NCBI GenBank assembly: GCA_964481245.1 | Contig: CAYZUV010000001.1 | Span: 1 to 54,357, forward strand | Direction of reading: 5' to 3' | Origin: an uncultured Pseudomonadales bacterium | GTDB taxonomy: Bacteria > Pseudomonadota > Gammaproteobacteria > Pseudomonadales > Azotimanducaceae | Length of the DNA: 54,357 nt | Shown: in pieces, positions 26,693-36,529 of the stretch | Layout: the number at the start of each line of letters is the position of its first letter | Numbering within the stretch: position 1 is the first letter of the stretch | The notes under the pieces: model-generated | Database searches by the model: none | The model's input: the letters and a program-made list of their open reading frames with translations, nothing else | Told to the model about the DNA's origin: nothing | Program-made: the position numbers and the translations under genes

Positions 26693-27585
26693 GAAGACGG
26701 TCGTTCACGGCGATGTTTAAAGCCATGGGGTCGCCGTGCGAACTCAGACTGGTTGGGGATGACCCGTCGCTCCTTCAAGATGCAAGTCGCTGGGCTCAAG
26801 ACGAGACCCGTCGATTTGAACGCAAGTATTCTCGGTTTAAAGAAGACAGTTTAGTCGGGCGCATCAATGCGCGAGCGGGCCTATCCGATGCGCTTGATTT
26901 AGACGAAGAAGCGATGGCGCTCTTTGGCTATGCAGATCAATGCTATCGGGTAAGCGAGGGTGCTTTTGATGTTACCTCCGGGTGTCTACGCAGGGTGTGG
27001 TTTGCCGGAAGAAAAACGCTGCCACCTCAAGAAGAGCTCCAAACGATGCTAAAGCTTGTGGATTGGCCAGCCGTTGAATGGGCCCGCGGCGAGGCGCGAT
27101 TGCCGGTCAAAGGAATGGAGATCGACTTCGGCGGCATCGTTAAGGAGTACGCCGCAGATGCGTTGATTGAGGGCCTTAAGCTTAGAGGGGTCACTTCTGC
27201 GCTGGTTAATTTGGGCGGCGACATTCGCTGCGCCGGCGGGCATCCAGATGGGGGCGCATGGCCGATTGGCGTTCAACACCCTTATGAGTCTGGTCCGATT
27301 GCGACTTTGCTGCTGACGGACAAGGCAATCGCATCAAGCGGTGGTTATGAGCGATACCTTGAAATTGAAGGGCGACGCTATAGCCACATTATCGATCCCA
27401 GGACAGGCTGGCCGGTTGACGCACTTGCGGCGGTGAGCGTGGTCTCTGATCAAGCGGTCGTCAGCGGTAGCCTCGCGACTATCGCGATAGTGCTAGGCGA
27501 ACGTGGCCTTGAATTCCTCTCTGCCTCAGGGGCGACTTGGTTCGCGGTTGATCGAACCGGGAAAACGTTCGGCACCCACATTTAG
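26689..27585 (+). CDS. apbE: FAD:protein FMN transferase (ApbE)
   Basis: 'FKAMGS', 'GGIVKEYA', 'VNLGGDI', 'SSGGYERY' and 'YSHIIDPRTGWP' match ApbE hallmarks. The TTG start overlaps the upstream stop; an alternative ATG is at 26713. I see no obvious signal peptide. Confidence 0.85.
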   Translation: MRRRSFTAMFKAMGSPCELRLVGDDPSLLQDASRWAQDETRRFERKYSRFKEDSLVGRINARAGLSDALDLDEEAMALFGYADQCYRVSEGAFDVTSGCLRRVWFAGRKTLPPQEELQTMLKLVDWPAVEWARGEARLPVKGMEIDFGGIVKEYAADALIEGLKLRGVTSALVNLGGDIRCAGGHPDGGAWPIGVQHPYESGPIATLLLTDKAIASSGGYERYLEIEGRRYSHIIDPRTGWPVDALAAVSVVSDQAVVSGSLATIAIVLGERGLEFLSASGATWFAVDRTGKTFGTHI

Positions 27586-27687
27586 CGGGTCTTTTGGCTA
27601 GTGAAACATTTGATGGGCAGAAAGGCGGCATGATCTTGATTAGTTCGAATTGCGTAATCCACGAAGCTGGGCGGGGGAGTATTACCC

Positions 27688-29004
27688 ATGATTACATCTA
27701 GTCAGTGGTTAGGGATGGCGGATAAACAAAAACGGAGAACGCGCTCTCTGGCGCGCCTGTTGATCGTGTTGTCGTCGGTTATGGCCAGTTTCAAAATTGC
27801 GGCGTCAACCGAGGAAGAGGCTTTTGCACACTACCAAAACTCAGTTGACGCGATAATTCAATCCAAGTGCATCGTGTGCCACGTGAGCGGTGGTCAGTAC
27901 GGGGGTATTGATCTTGTTTACGTCAGGGGGTCTTCCCTCAGCCAGCAGGACACCAATTTTGGCAAGCTGAAGAACTACATCGAGAAAGGGAAGGGGAATG
28001 AGCTTCTGAACCGCCCGAAGGGGAATCGGCACACGAATCAAAACTTGAGTAGTGATCAGCTTCTAGCGCTTGAAAGACTGATAACCCTAGTTGAAGAAAT
28101 CGAGGATCCTGTAGTGGACGATGACGGCGGGGAGACCGGCGGCGGAGAGGCAGGTGGAGAAACCTCGGGTGGTGAAAGTGATGGAGGATCCACGGACGGC
28201 TCGGTTGATGGTGGCGACGAAGGGCTAGGATCGGGCGGATTGTCCGGAGGCGATGGGGGCGGCGGATCCTCTGACGATGGCTCGGAAATCTCCGACGCCG
28301 ATGGTGACGGCGTTGAGGACGAGATCGACAATTGTGAGTCAGTCATAAATTCGGGGCAGTCTGATTTGGACAGTGATAACGTCGGTGATGTGTGCGATGA
28401 CGACATCGATGGTGACGGAGTTGAAAACGACTCGGATGATTTCCCGGAGGATGCTGCCGAGACCACGGATTCAGATGGCGATGGTGTAGGAGACAACGAG
28501 GACGCATTTGATTTTGATGCCACTGAGAGCGAGGACTTCGATTTAGACGGCATTGGGGACAACACCGACGATGATGATGACGAGGATGGGTTTTCAGATC
28601 TTGTTGAGATCGAAGCTGGTACGAATCCCAGAAACCCCTATCTGTGTCCTGATGATTGCCTGCGCTTCGACTTCGATTACGACGGATCATCAACCGCTCT
28701 AACGGATGGATTGATTGCGATACGTTACCTATTTGGATTCACAAGTGAGAGCCTATCCAATGGTGCAGTATCAAGCGCTGCTCGCTTCGATCAGTCTGCA
28801 GTTGAGCTATTTCTTAAGGCGGTTGAGCCAGAGTTGGACATCGATGGCGATAATAAAAGCCAGGCTCTGACGGATGGACTGTTGTTAATTCGCTACCTTT
28901 TTGGTTTTAACGGAGATGCGTTGTTCAACGGCGCCATATCCCTTGAGGCTACCAGGACTCGGGAGGAAATGTTGGCCGTCCTTGAGAGCCGGACGATCCG
29001 GTAG
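27688..29004 (+). CDS. secreted modular protein: CxxCH module, Gly/Asp linker, thrombospondin type-3 repeats, dockerin-like pair
   Basis: Signal peptide; 'CIVCHVSGG' (27868-27882); TSP3 consensus 'DNCESVINSGQSDLDSDNVGDVCDDDIDGDGVEN'; two 'D.D.DG....LTDGLL.IRYLFGF' segments at the C-terminus. Confidence 0.7.
   Translation: MITSSQWLGMADKQKRRTRSLARLLIVLSSVMASFKIAASTEEEAFAHYQNSVDAIIQSKCIVCHVSGGQYGGIDLVYVRGSSLSQQDTNFGKLKNYIEKGKGNELLNRPKGNRHTNQNLSSDQLLALERLITLVEEIEDPVVDDDGGETGGGEAGGETSGGESDGGSTDGSVDGGDEGLGSGGLSGGDGGGGSSDDGSEISDADGDGVEDEIDNCESVINSGQSDLDSDNVGDVCDDDIDGDGVENDSDDFPEDAAETTDSDGDGVGDNEDAFDFDATESEDFDLDGIGDNTDDDDDEDGFSDLVEIEAGTNPRNPYLCPDDCLRFDFDYDGSSTALTDGLIAIRYLFGFTSESLSNGAVSSAARFDQSAVELFLKAVEPELDIDGDNKSQALTDGLLLIRYLFGFNGDALFNGAISLEATRTREEMLAVLESRTIR
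28665..28995 (+). other. dockerin-like duplicated Ca-loop/helix module (copy in the 438-aa protein)
   Basis: 'FDFDYDGSSTALTDGLIAIRYLFGF' and 'LDIDGDNKSQALTDGLLLIRYLFGF', separated by about 30 aa. Confidence 0.55.
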
Positions 29005-29305
29005 GCACGTCCTGTACGGGCGGCGTGGAGGAAAGTGCCGGCCATGATGAGCGAGAAGCGCCAGTGAGAGTGCGCGTTGGCGAAAGTAAGTGCTAGAGGA
29101 AGGTCGGCCTCGAGAGCCGATTATTTCAACGAGGTAAAAAAATCACGCCTCTGGTCAACCTGCACGGGCTTCCAGCCGATGGGCTGTCGAGCCATTTTAT
29201 TTTGCGGGGGTTACCACTTCACAGCCATATTGAACGTCTGAGTGACCATCGGTCTCGGGACCAGCGGGGTGGCTTTTGGGCTTCCCGCTGATCGATTAGC
29301 AAGGC

Positions 29306-30175
29306 TTAGGGCGCTTTGATATGCACCGAGCCCTGATCGGGAATCACGTTGCTTAAACCCTCATAAATGTCGTCGGTCCAACGCGAATGACCGACGCCGG
29401 ATGAGTAGCCTCCATCCACTGGAATCAACGCGCCGGTCATGTAACTGCCTGCGTTGCTGGCGAGCATGAGCAAAGGCCCTGCAAGTTCGCTCAGTTCGCC
29501 TAGTCGACCCATGGGCGTCGCATTCTGCACGTAAGGCTCAAACCCGGGCACGGCTAGATAAGGGCCAGTCATTTCGCTGGGGAAATACGCCGGCGCGATC
29601 GCGTTGACGCGAATGCCCCGGTCAGCCCAACTGCAAGCCAAGTTGCGCGTCAAGTTGATGACCCCAGCCTTCGAAGTCTGGTAGGCAAGCGGATGATCTG
29701 CGGCGCCTCCCATGCCCATGATCGAAGTGATGTTGATGATGGAGCCGCCGTGGCCGTCAGCCAGCATGCGTTTGCCCACTTCCTGGCTGCAGGTCCAGAG
29801 GCCGATGAGATTTGTATTGATGGTCTCAGCAAAAACCGCCCTGGGTAGTTTCTCCGGGACGAAGCCCCCATCCCCAACCGTGCCTGCATTGTTTACCAAA
29901 ATATCGATACGACCCAACTCGCTCCAAATGTCGGCGACAACTTCCCCAACGCGGTCGGCGTCGACGATATCGCACGTTTTTGTGATGATCGAACCGCCTT
30001 TAGATCTAACGAGGTCTGCAACCTCGTCTAGTTTGTCGGCTCGGCGGGCGACGATGGCGACAGTTGCGCCAGCATCGCAAAGTACCTCGGCAAAGTAGGC
30101 ACCAAGCCCAGATGAGCCACCAGTAATCAGCGCGGTTTTTCCAGAGAGATCGAAGAGAGATTGACTTAGGCTCAT
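29306..30175 (-). CDS. SDR-family oxidoreductase
   Basis: 'ITGGSSGLG', 'NNAG', 'YQTSKAG'. The start at MSLSQ has a GGAG RBS; the longer track ORF adds an unsupported extension. Confidence 0.85.
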   Translation of the reverse strand: MSLSQSLFDLSGKTALITGGSSGLGAYFAEVLCDAGATVAIVARRADKLDEVADLVRSKGGSIITKTCDIVDADRVGEVVADIWSELGRIDILVNNAGTVGDGGFVPEKLPRAVFAETINTNLIGLWTCSQEVGKRMLADGHGGSIINITSIMGMGGAADHPLAYQTSKAGVINLTRNLACSWADRGIRVNAIAPAYFPSEMTGPYLAVPGFEPYVQNATPMGRLGELSELAGPLLMLASNAGSYMTGALIPVDGGYSSGVGHSRWTDDIYEGLSNVIPDQGSVHIKAP

Positions 30176-30446
30176 GGGAGTACTCCTTTGAATTACTCGC
30201 ATCCTGCGATCTTCTTTGGCCTGGATCAAGCCCTTGGCGGCGAATTTCGAGTAGGCGTTAGACCATCTTTTCGGCGGTGTTCGTGCCCAAGCTCGGGCAT
30301 GCCCGACTGGGTTGCCTTGAGGCATGGAAAGCTTGACTTAAAACCGGACAACGTGCTTTTTTTGCACGCCGATAACAGGTAATTTAACGCCTAACGAGAT
30401 CACCCCCCTGCAAGGGAAGTTTGCAGCATCAATGGAAGGAGTCGCG

Positions 30447-32027
30447 ATGAATACGGCAACGAAAGCCGGTGTACGCACCATGGACGAAGCGTTCGAGAAG
30501 CTATTGCAAGCCGATACCAACCCGGAACACATCTCCGAGGCCTTGAGGCGCAATGCCCCGATGGATCCAGGACCCACACTGGTTCCAGTGAAGCGATACA
30601 CGTCTCGTGTGTATCACGAACTCGAACGTGAGCATTTATGGAAGAAATCCTGGCAAGTGGCTTGTCATGAGGATGATCTGCCGAATGTGGGCGACGTGGT
30701 CCCCTACGATATTTCGACAATGTCATTCCTTGTGGTTCGGGTGGCGGAAGATGAATACAAGGCCTACTACAACGCCTGTCTGCACCGCGGGCGTAAACTT
30801 CGTGAAAGCCGTGGAAAGGGGCTGGATGAGTTGCGTTGTGCGTTCCACGGTTGGGCTTGGAATCTTGATGGAACCTTAAAGCAAATTCCGTGTGCCTATG
30901 ATTACACAGGACTAAAGCGAGACGAGGAATCATTACCTGAAGTAAGAGTCGGTCGTTGGGGTCGATTTATCTTCATCAATCCTGACCCAGAAGCAGAGCC
31001 TTTGGAAGATTTTCTCGGTGATTTAGACAGCCACTTCCCATTGCTGCCGTACACCAAGCGCTATAAGTCCGCTCATGTTGCGAAAATTGTGAAAGCAAAT
31101 TGGAAAGTGGTTCAAGAAGCATTTATGGAGTCTTACCACGTACTCATGACCCACCCTCAGATTTTGACGGGCGGTGCACACGATCTCTGCACCAAATACG
31201 ACGCCTTCGGAAACTACTCTCGTGCGATACGTTGTGGCGCGTTGGAAGGCAACGGACTTCCTGCGTGGGAGCCTGTCGAACTCGATGGTGTGCATAAGAT
31301 CCAGCATCCATTGAATGGCTGGGTCTACGAAGATTTGGGCGATGGTGTGGTTCAAGTGACAACGCCCAAAGGTAAGTCAGGCAAATTCAACACACACGCA
31401 GAGTGGATTGAAGGCGATTTAACGGATGCGAACCCGCACTTGTGTGATTGGGTGGGCGGACGCCAATTGCCTGAACAGGCTGTTCAGGCGATGAGCAGTT
31501 CTCGGGCGGCGGGTCGGATTAAAGACAAAATGGGCGCCCGAGCGAACACTCGGCAAGGCGGCGCTGAAATTCAGCGTCACGTCCTGAAAGACATTGTTCC
31601 CTCGGTTGCCGATACCATTCCGGATATAGAGTTGACTGCATCCATCTTCTTCACGGTGTTTCCAAACTGGCACCCTTGGGGCTCATTCAACCAGATTAAT
31701 TATCGCTTCAGGCCCAATGGTGATAATCATGAAGAGTGCATTATGGAATGTATGTACTTATCACCGATGCCCGAGGATGGCGATTACACGCCCGTGTCTG
31801 AGATTCATTGGTTGAGCGCGGAGGACGACTACACCGAAGCGCATGAACTCGGCATGCTGACGAAAATCTTCAATCAAGATATTCGTAACCTTGAGCATGT
31901 GTATGCAGGCATGAAAGCCACTGCGCGCGAGCACTTGCGATTCGCGGACTACAACGAGTTAAAGCTCAGACACTGGCACGAGATGTATGCAAAGCTGATC
32001 CCGGACCCGATCTCTCAATCCGGTTGA
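30447..32027 (+). CDS. Rieske [2Fe-2S] ring-hydroxylating oxygenase, alpha subunit-like
   Basis: Rieske motif 'CLHRG...CAFHGW'; mononuclear-iron region 'EAFMESYHVLMTHP'. RBS GGAAGGAG lies before the ATG at 30447. Confidence 0.85.
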   Translation: MNTATKAGVRTMDEAFEKLLQADTNPEHISEALRRNAPMDPGPTLVPVKRYTSRVYHELEREHLWKKSWQVACHEDDLPNVGDVVPYDISTMSFLVVRVAEDEYKAYYNACLHRGRKLRESRGKGLDELRCAFHGWAWNLDGTLKQIPCAYDYTGLKRDEESLPEVRVGRWGRFIFINPDPEAEPLEDFLGDLDSHFPLLPYTKRYKSAHVAKIVKANWKVVQEAFMESYHVLMTHPQILTGGAHDLCTKYDAFGNYSRAIRCGALEGNGLPAWEPVELDGVHKIQHPLNGWVYEDLGDGVVQVTTPKGKSGKFNTHAEWIEGDLTDANPHLCDWVGGRQLPEQAVQAMSSSRAAGRIKDKMGARANTRQGGAEIQRHVLKDIVPSVADTIPDIELTASIFFTVFPNWHPWGSFNQINYRFRPNGDNHEECIMECMYLSPMPEDGDYTPVSEIHWLSAEDDYTEAHELGMLTKIFNQDIRNLEHVYAGMKATAREHLRFADYNELKLRHWHEMYAKLIPDPISQSG

Positions 32028-32471
32028 GGGTGCAAGAATGTAAGGATTGGCTAGGAGGTCTCTGATCCGGCCTCGGTTGCGTTGACAGCACTCGCACGTA
32101 TTGCAGACGGTCCGCAGCAAGGGTCAGCCCCGACTGCAACTACGGGTAGAGTGCCCACGTGACCCTTTAGCGAGTCGAGGGTTGATTGGGGACTCGTAGT
32201 CCGACGGAGTGAGCAGTTAGGTTGAACGAGGTGCTATTCCAGCCGAACTTCTCACCTAACATCGAGGTCCAGACGCCTCGCGGTGACTCTCCAAGAGCCG
32301 AAGCGTTGCACGGGGTCGCTCTGGCACTGAGGTTTGGAACGGCTCCACTCGGAACGAATCCCCGCCAGATCCGCGCAGTGTGGTAGGAGGGTTTGGAAGC
32401 ACGCCAGCCATTGAATTTGAACGAGGTATGAGGTGTGTGGTCTTTTTTCTTTGGTTCGGGAGCCACGTCCG

Positions 32472-34094
32472 ATGCTTAAGATCATAAGCGGTCTTGTCTC
32501 GCCCCTTAGAGGCCTCGTCATAGTAATCAATCTGTGCATCTCGCCCGGTTTTGCGTTCGGAGAGGACGAATCACTCTCTCAGCTGTTGCCGGTGGATTGC
32601 CTTTTACCGGCCCAAGTTCGACAGCTTGGGAACATGACCTATTCAGCAGCGAGGCGCGCGGTAAAAGTCAGTGCTGACGAGTGTCGCACGAGAGGCGGAG
32701 AGTACGTGCTTTACGATCGAGCCTCTTTGGCCTCAACGCTTAAGGCATGGCTGCCGAGCGCCGAAGCCGGGGATCCTGAGGCGCAGACCTATGTTGGCGA
32801 GGCGTTTGAACGGGGGTATGGTGACGCGCCGAATTTTGCCCAGGCGGCCATGTGGTACTTGGCAGCCGCAGAGCAAGGCTATGCTCGGGGCGCGTTGAAT
32901 TTAGCGCATCTCTTCGAGGCAGGGCTGGGTCTAGAACAGGATGCATCCATGGCGGCCTATTGGTTCGGTCAAGCTTCTGAGCTCGCACTCAAGCGTCGAC
33001 TCGAATCACTCGGCAAACGAGAGGTACCGCCTCCCACCATTAAAGTGATCGAACCGATGCTGAACCAGCGAGGTATCAGGGTCACCAGCACAACAGAACC
33101 GATCCATGATGGTCAGACGGCGACTTTGGTGGTCGGCCAAATTGAGGGTGGCACCGAGATACGAGAAATCACGTTGAATGGTCAGCCTGCGGTCATGCTC
33201 GGTGGCGGCTTATTTAGAGGCTCGGTCGAGCCGGTAGATGGGCTGATCGAGGTCGCCGTCACAGAGGCGACGCGCCGCGTGACGATGCTTCAAATTGGCA
33301 TTCAGCCGGGCTTACTTGATGAAGATTTCGAGGGAATTCAAGAAACGGTTTCTAAATCACGAGGCTCGGCCGTAAGGCGTTCAGTCGCCTTGGTGGTTGG
33401 GAATAACGATTATGTTCACCTAAGTGATCTCTTCACCGCTGGCGCAGACGCCAGGTCGCTGAGCGAACTGCTTCAAAGTGAATTCGGGTTTGAGGTCGAG
33501 ACGCTGCTCGATGCCTCCCGGGACGATCTCCTACGAGCTGTTAATCGTTATCGCCAATCGCTCAACGCCGAAGATCGGTTCCTTCTGTATTACGCTGGCC
33601 ATGGAGATTTGGACAGGGTGAATTTCCGTGGTCACTGGTTGCCCGTGGATGCCGAAGCGGGGGATAACACAGAGTGGATATCGAATGTGACTGTGACGGA
33701 TTTGCTGAACTTGTTGCCTGCCAATGAAGTGCTGGTCATTAGTGATTCTTGCTATTCGGGAATGCTTTCGCGAGGGGCGCTCACGGCATCGCAGCTGTCA
33801 CAGAGCTATTCGGGTCAGGGGCTGACGCGTGTTAGAACGTCAATGACGTCTGGTGGGATCGCGCCGGTGCTTGATGGCATCGGGGGGCGGCACTCAATCT
33901 TCGCCGATGCTTTGATCAAAAAGCTCGAGGCCGCACCGGGACGAATTTCAGCACAATCGTTGTTTGATCAGATTGCGCCAAGGGTGCGCAAAGCAGGTCA
34001 AAGCGTCGGCTATGATCAACAACCTGAATATGCGCCTTTGCAGTTTGCGGGTCATGAAGGCGGTGATTTTTATTTCGAAAGGGTTGCAAAATAG
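32472..34094 (+). CDS. exported Sel1-repeat / caspase-family (peptidase C14) protein
   Basis: Signal peptide 'VIVINLCISPGFAFG'. Sel1 repeats ('AQTYVGEAFERGYG..AAMWYLAAAEQGYARGALNLAHLF'). C14 domain with His 'YYAGHG' and Cys 'SDSCYSG'. Confidence 0.8.
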   Translation: MLKIISGLVSPLRGLVIVINLCISPGFAFGEDESLSQLLPVDCLLPAQVRQLGNMTYSAARRAVKVSADECRTRGGEYVLYDRASLASTLKAWLPSAEAGDPEAQTYVGEAFERGYGDAPNFAQAAMWYLAAAEQGYARGALNLAHLFEAGLGLEQDASMAAYWFGQASELALKRRLESLGKREVPPPTIKVIEPMLNQRGIRVTSTTEPIHDGQTATLVVGQIEGGTEIREITLNGQPAVMLGGGLFRGSVEPVDGLIEVAVTEATRRVTMLQIGIQPGLLDEDFEGIQETVSKSRGSAVRRSVALVVGNNDYVHLSDLFTAGADARSLSELLQSEFGFEVETLLDASRDDLLRAVNRYRQSLNAEDRFLLYYAGHGDLDRVNFRGHWLPVDAEAGDNTEWISNVTVTDLLNLLPANEVLVISDSCYSGMLSRGALTASQLSQSYSGQGLTRVRTSMTSGGIAPVLDGIGGRHSIFADALIKKLEAAPGRISAQSLFDQIAPRVRKAGQSVGYDQQPEYAPLQFAGHEGGDFYFERVAK

Positions 34095-34265
34095 GCCAGT
34101 GCGCAGACGCTTTGGATGAATCAAAGATACGCGGACACAATGTCGAGCGTCACAAAAGCCATGGGTGACCATCGCAAAAGACTGATTTCTATTGCAGCGA
34201 TTGACCTACGAGCGGCGCGCACTCGGTGAATGAGATAACAGTGGATCAAAAGGAGAGAGAACCTC

Positions 34266-35486
34266 ATGCGGACAAGGCAAGCGATCATCATCATGGGATT
34301 GGGCTTGTTCTCCGGGCTAGCGCAAAGTGCGGCCCCTGATTTTCAAGACTTTCTAACGAGAGCGTGCGCCAACGCTGTGCCAGGCACGCCGTTCTTTGAA
34401 CGCTGCAATATTGATTCGGTAGACGGTGACTTATCTGGAGACAGTGAGGATTCGCTGAATCCCACGCAACCGCTTTCAGCGGGTGCTTCGGCGCTTTCTG
34501 AGACCCGGGCCCGGATCAAGGCCCTACAGGCGAAAATGAAGAATGATTCTGAGGATTCTTCAGGGGGCGTCGTCGAAACTTTTGGCATCAAAGGCCTGAG
34601 CATGCTCCTCAACATCGAAACGGGTCAACAGGATCGGGAAATCACCGGTAATGAGCGCGGCTTCGAGACGGATAGCCTACGCATTATGGTCGGGGGGGAT
34701 TATCGGCTTCGAGATAACCTGTTGGTGGGGGCCATTTTTGGGATCAATCGGTCGGATACCGATTTTCTCGCTGATTTGCCTGGACGCAATTTCGTACCTG
34801 GTCCGACGGAAGGCGCCATTGATCGCGACACCTATTCGTTGAACCTCTTCGTAACAAGCATGGTGGGCCAAAGCGGTTATGCAGATGCCATCTTCAGCTA
34901 TGCCTGGACGCAATCGGAATTTTCCCGCATCGGGGTGTTTCAAGAATCAACCCGAACGCTGCCCACGCAAGCGGTGGTGACTCGCAGCGACATCGATGGT
35001 AGCCAGTGGTCCTTGAGTGGCGGATTGTCTTGGGATCTGTCCGTTGGCGGGATTCAAGTTCAACCCTTTGCTCGTGCGACCTATCAAAGCAGTCAGTCAG
35101 ACCCTTACGGTGAAGCGGGCGGCATTGGATTCGCCATGCGCTTCGACACCGCGGATTTCAGCGAGTCGATTCTGAGCGGTGGGCTTCGAATCTCTAAGAA
35201 TTTCAATGCAGATTGGGGTATTTTTTCGCCACAACTCGGTATTGAGTACAATTTCAAGGGCGGCGATGACCGGTTCAGCGCCAATACCAGCTTTCTTGAA
35301 GACCCGCAGCAAACGCGATTTCTGGTGACGGGCGACATCTTGGATGACGCATACGGGCGCGTCTTTGGGTCTGTTTCCCTGGGCTTGCCCAACGGGCTTT
35401 CGGCCTTTATCAGCATTGAAGATTATTTCAGCCAGGCCTTTGTCGATGATTCGCGAATCACCGCAGGGCTCCGCAAAGAGTTTTAG
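34266..35486 (+). CDS. autotransporter beta-barrel protein with a very short passenger
   Basis: Signal peptide, passenger of about 100 aa, then a typical autotransporter beta-domain ('RIMVGGDYRL...', terminal 'GLRKEF'). Confidence 0.75.
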   Translation: MRTRQAIIIMGLGLFSGLAQSAAPDFQDFLTRACANAVPGTPFFERCNIDSVDGDLSGDSEDSLNPTQPLSAGASALSETRARIKALQAKMKNDSEDSSGGVVETFGIKGLSMLLNIETGQQDREITGNERGFETDSLRIMVGGDYRLRDNLLVGAIFGINRSDTDFLADLPGRNFVPGPTEGAIDRDTYSLNLFVTSMVGQSGYADAIFSYAWTQSEFSRIGVFQESTRTLPTQAVVTRSDIDGSQWSLSGGLSWDLSVGGIQVQPFARATYQSSQSDPYGEAGGIGFAMRFDTADFSESILSGGLRISKNFNADWGIFSPQLGIEYNFKGGDDRFSANTSFLEDPQQTRFLVTGDILDDAYGRVFGSVSLGLPNGLSAFISIEDYFSQAFVDDSRITAGLRKEF

Positions 35487-35515
35487 GGGCGGTTTCCGCT
35501 CCACAGGGTGACCGA

Positions 35516-36529
35516 GTGAAAGCAGCGCTCATGCAACGCGGAAGGCTTTGGATCGATGACGTTCCAGAGCCCCAGCCAGGCGCAGGTGAGGTTTTGGTGG
35601 CAACCAAAGCCTGTGGCATCTGCGGCTCCGATTTGCACGCTGTTCAGCACACCGCGGCATTCATTCAAACATCTCGAGAAGTGGGCGGCGGGTTCAAGCT
35701 GACCACCGATGCGCCCGTGGTGCTCGGGCATGAGTTTTCCGCCGAAATAGTGGCCTTCGGTCCAGACACCAAGGGGGCGCTGCGAGAAGGAGATCTTATT
35801 TGTTCGATGCCCGTACTACTCCGACCCGAAATGGTGGGGTTGGGCTATTCGGATATCGCCCCCGGGGGATTTGCCGAATATATGGTGTTGACCGAAGCCC
35901 TCATTCAGGCGGTCCCAAATGGACTCCCAGCAGAAATAGCGGCGCTGACGGAGCCGATGGCGGTTGGGCTTCACGCTGTCAATAAGGCGAACCTGTCACA
36001 TGAAGATCAAGTGCTTGTCGTTGGTTGTGGGCCCGTTGGCTTGGCGATCATCGCCGCGCTCTCGATGCGGGGCTATTCGGTCGTTGCGAGTGATTTTTCT
36101 CCGGGTCGCCGGACTTTGGCGGAGCAACTGGGCGCATCGCTGACCCTCGACCCTGCGATGTCTGACCCTCTTGGAGCACAGCCCTGGCCGCAGGACGGAC
36201 ACACGGTCATCTTCGAATGTGTTGGTGTGAAAGGCATGCTAGATCAGCTGTTTTCCAATGCGCCACGAAATGCTCGTATTGTGGTGGTAGGCGTCTGTCT
36301 TGAAACAGATGCGTCTCGACCACTTATTGCAATCAACAAGGAATTGTCGCTTCAGTTTGTGCTCGGCTATACCCCGCAGGAGTTCAGCGAAACCTTGCGG
36401 CTCCTGGCGGAGGGTGAGCTCAACGTAGCGAACCTGGTGACGGACAAAGTCCCGTTGGCGAACGTTTCGGAAGCATTTCAGCGGCTGGCCGACCCGCGCA
36501 CAGATGGTAAGATCATCGTCATTCCCTGA
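35516..36529 (+). CDS. zinc-dependent alcohol dehydrogenase (MDR family)
   Basis: 'CGICGSDLH', 'GHEFSAEIV', Rossmann 'VVGCGPVGL'. Confidence 0.85.
   Translation: MKAALMQRGRLWIDDVPEPQPGAGEVLVATKACGICGSDLHAVQHTAAFIQTSREVGGGFKLTTDAPVVLGHEFSAEIVAFGPDTKGALREGDLICSMPVLLRPEMVGLGYSDIAPGGFAEYMVLTEALIQAVPNGLPAEIAALTEPMAVGLHAVNKANLSHEDQVLVVGCGPVGLAIIAALSMRGYSVVASDFSPGRRTLAEQLGASLTLDPAMSDPLGAQPWPQDGHTVIFECVGVKGMLDQLFSNAPRNARIVVVGVCLETDASRPLIAINKELSLQFVLGYTPQEFSETLRLLAEGELNVANLVTDKVPLANVSEAFQRLADPRTDGKIIVIP

Noticed and set aside
28056-28565. Long antisense or alternative-frame ORFs rich in Ser/Pro or Gly inside the acidic/Gly-rich linker regions. They include 28056..28565, 28343..28693, 40068..40337, 40794..41087, 44506..44895, 45244..45834 and 46064..46684.
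   Set aside because: They are by-products of repetitive GAY/GGN/ACN codon runs on the sense strand. They have low-complexity translations and no start context. Each is fully embedded in a much longer ORF with clear domain content.
32222-32427. An 11-nt direct repeat TTGAACGAGGT (32222 and 32417) and ORFs 32167..32466(-) and 32252..32539(-) in the 440-bp gap before the Sel1-caspase gene. I considered an ncRNA or a small gene.
   Set aside because: An 11-mer repeated within 200 bp is expected by chance a few times in this window. The ORF translations are unrecognisable, and I could not fold a convincing structure.
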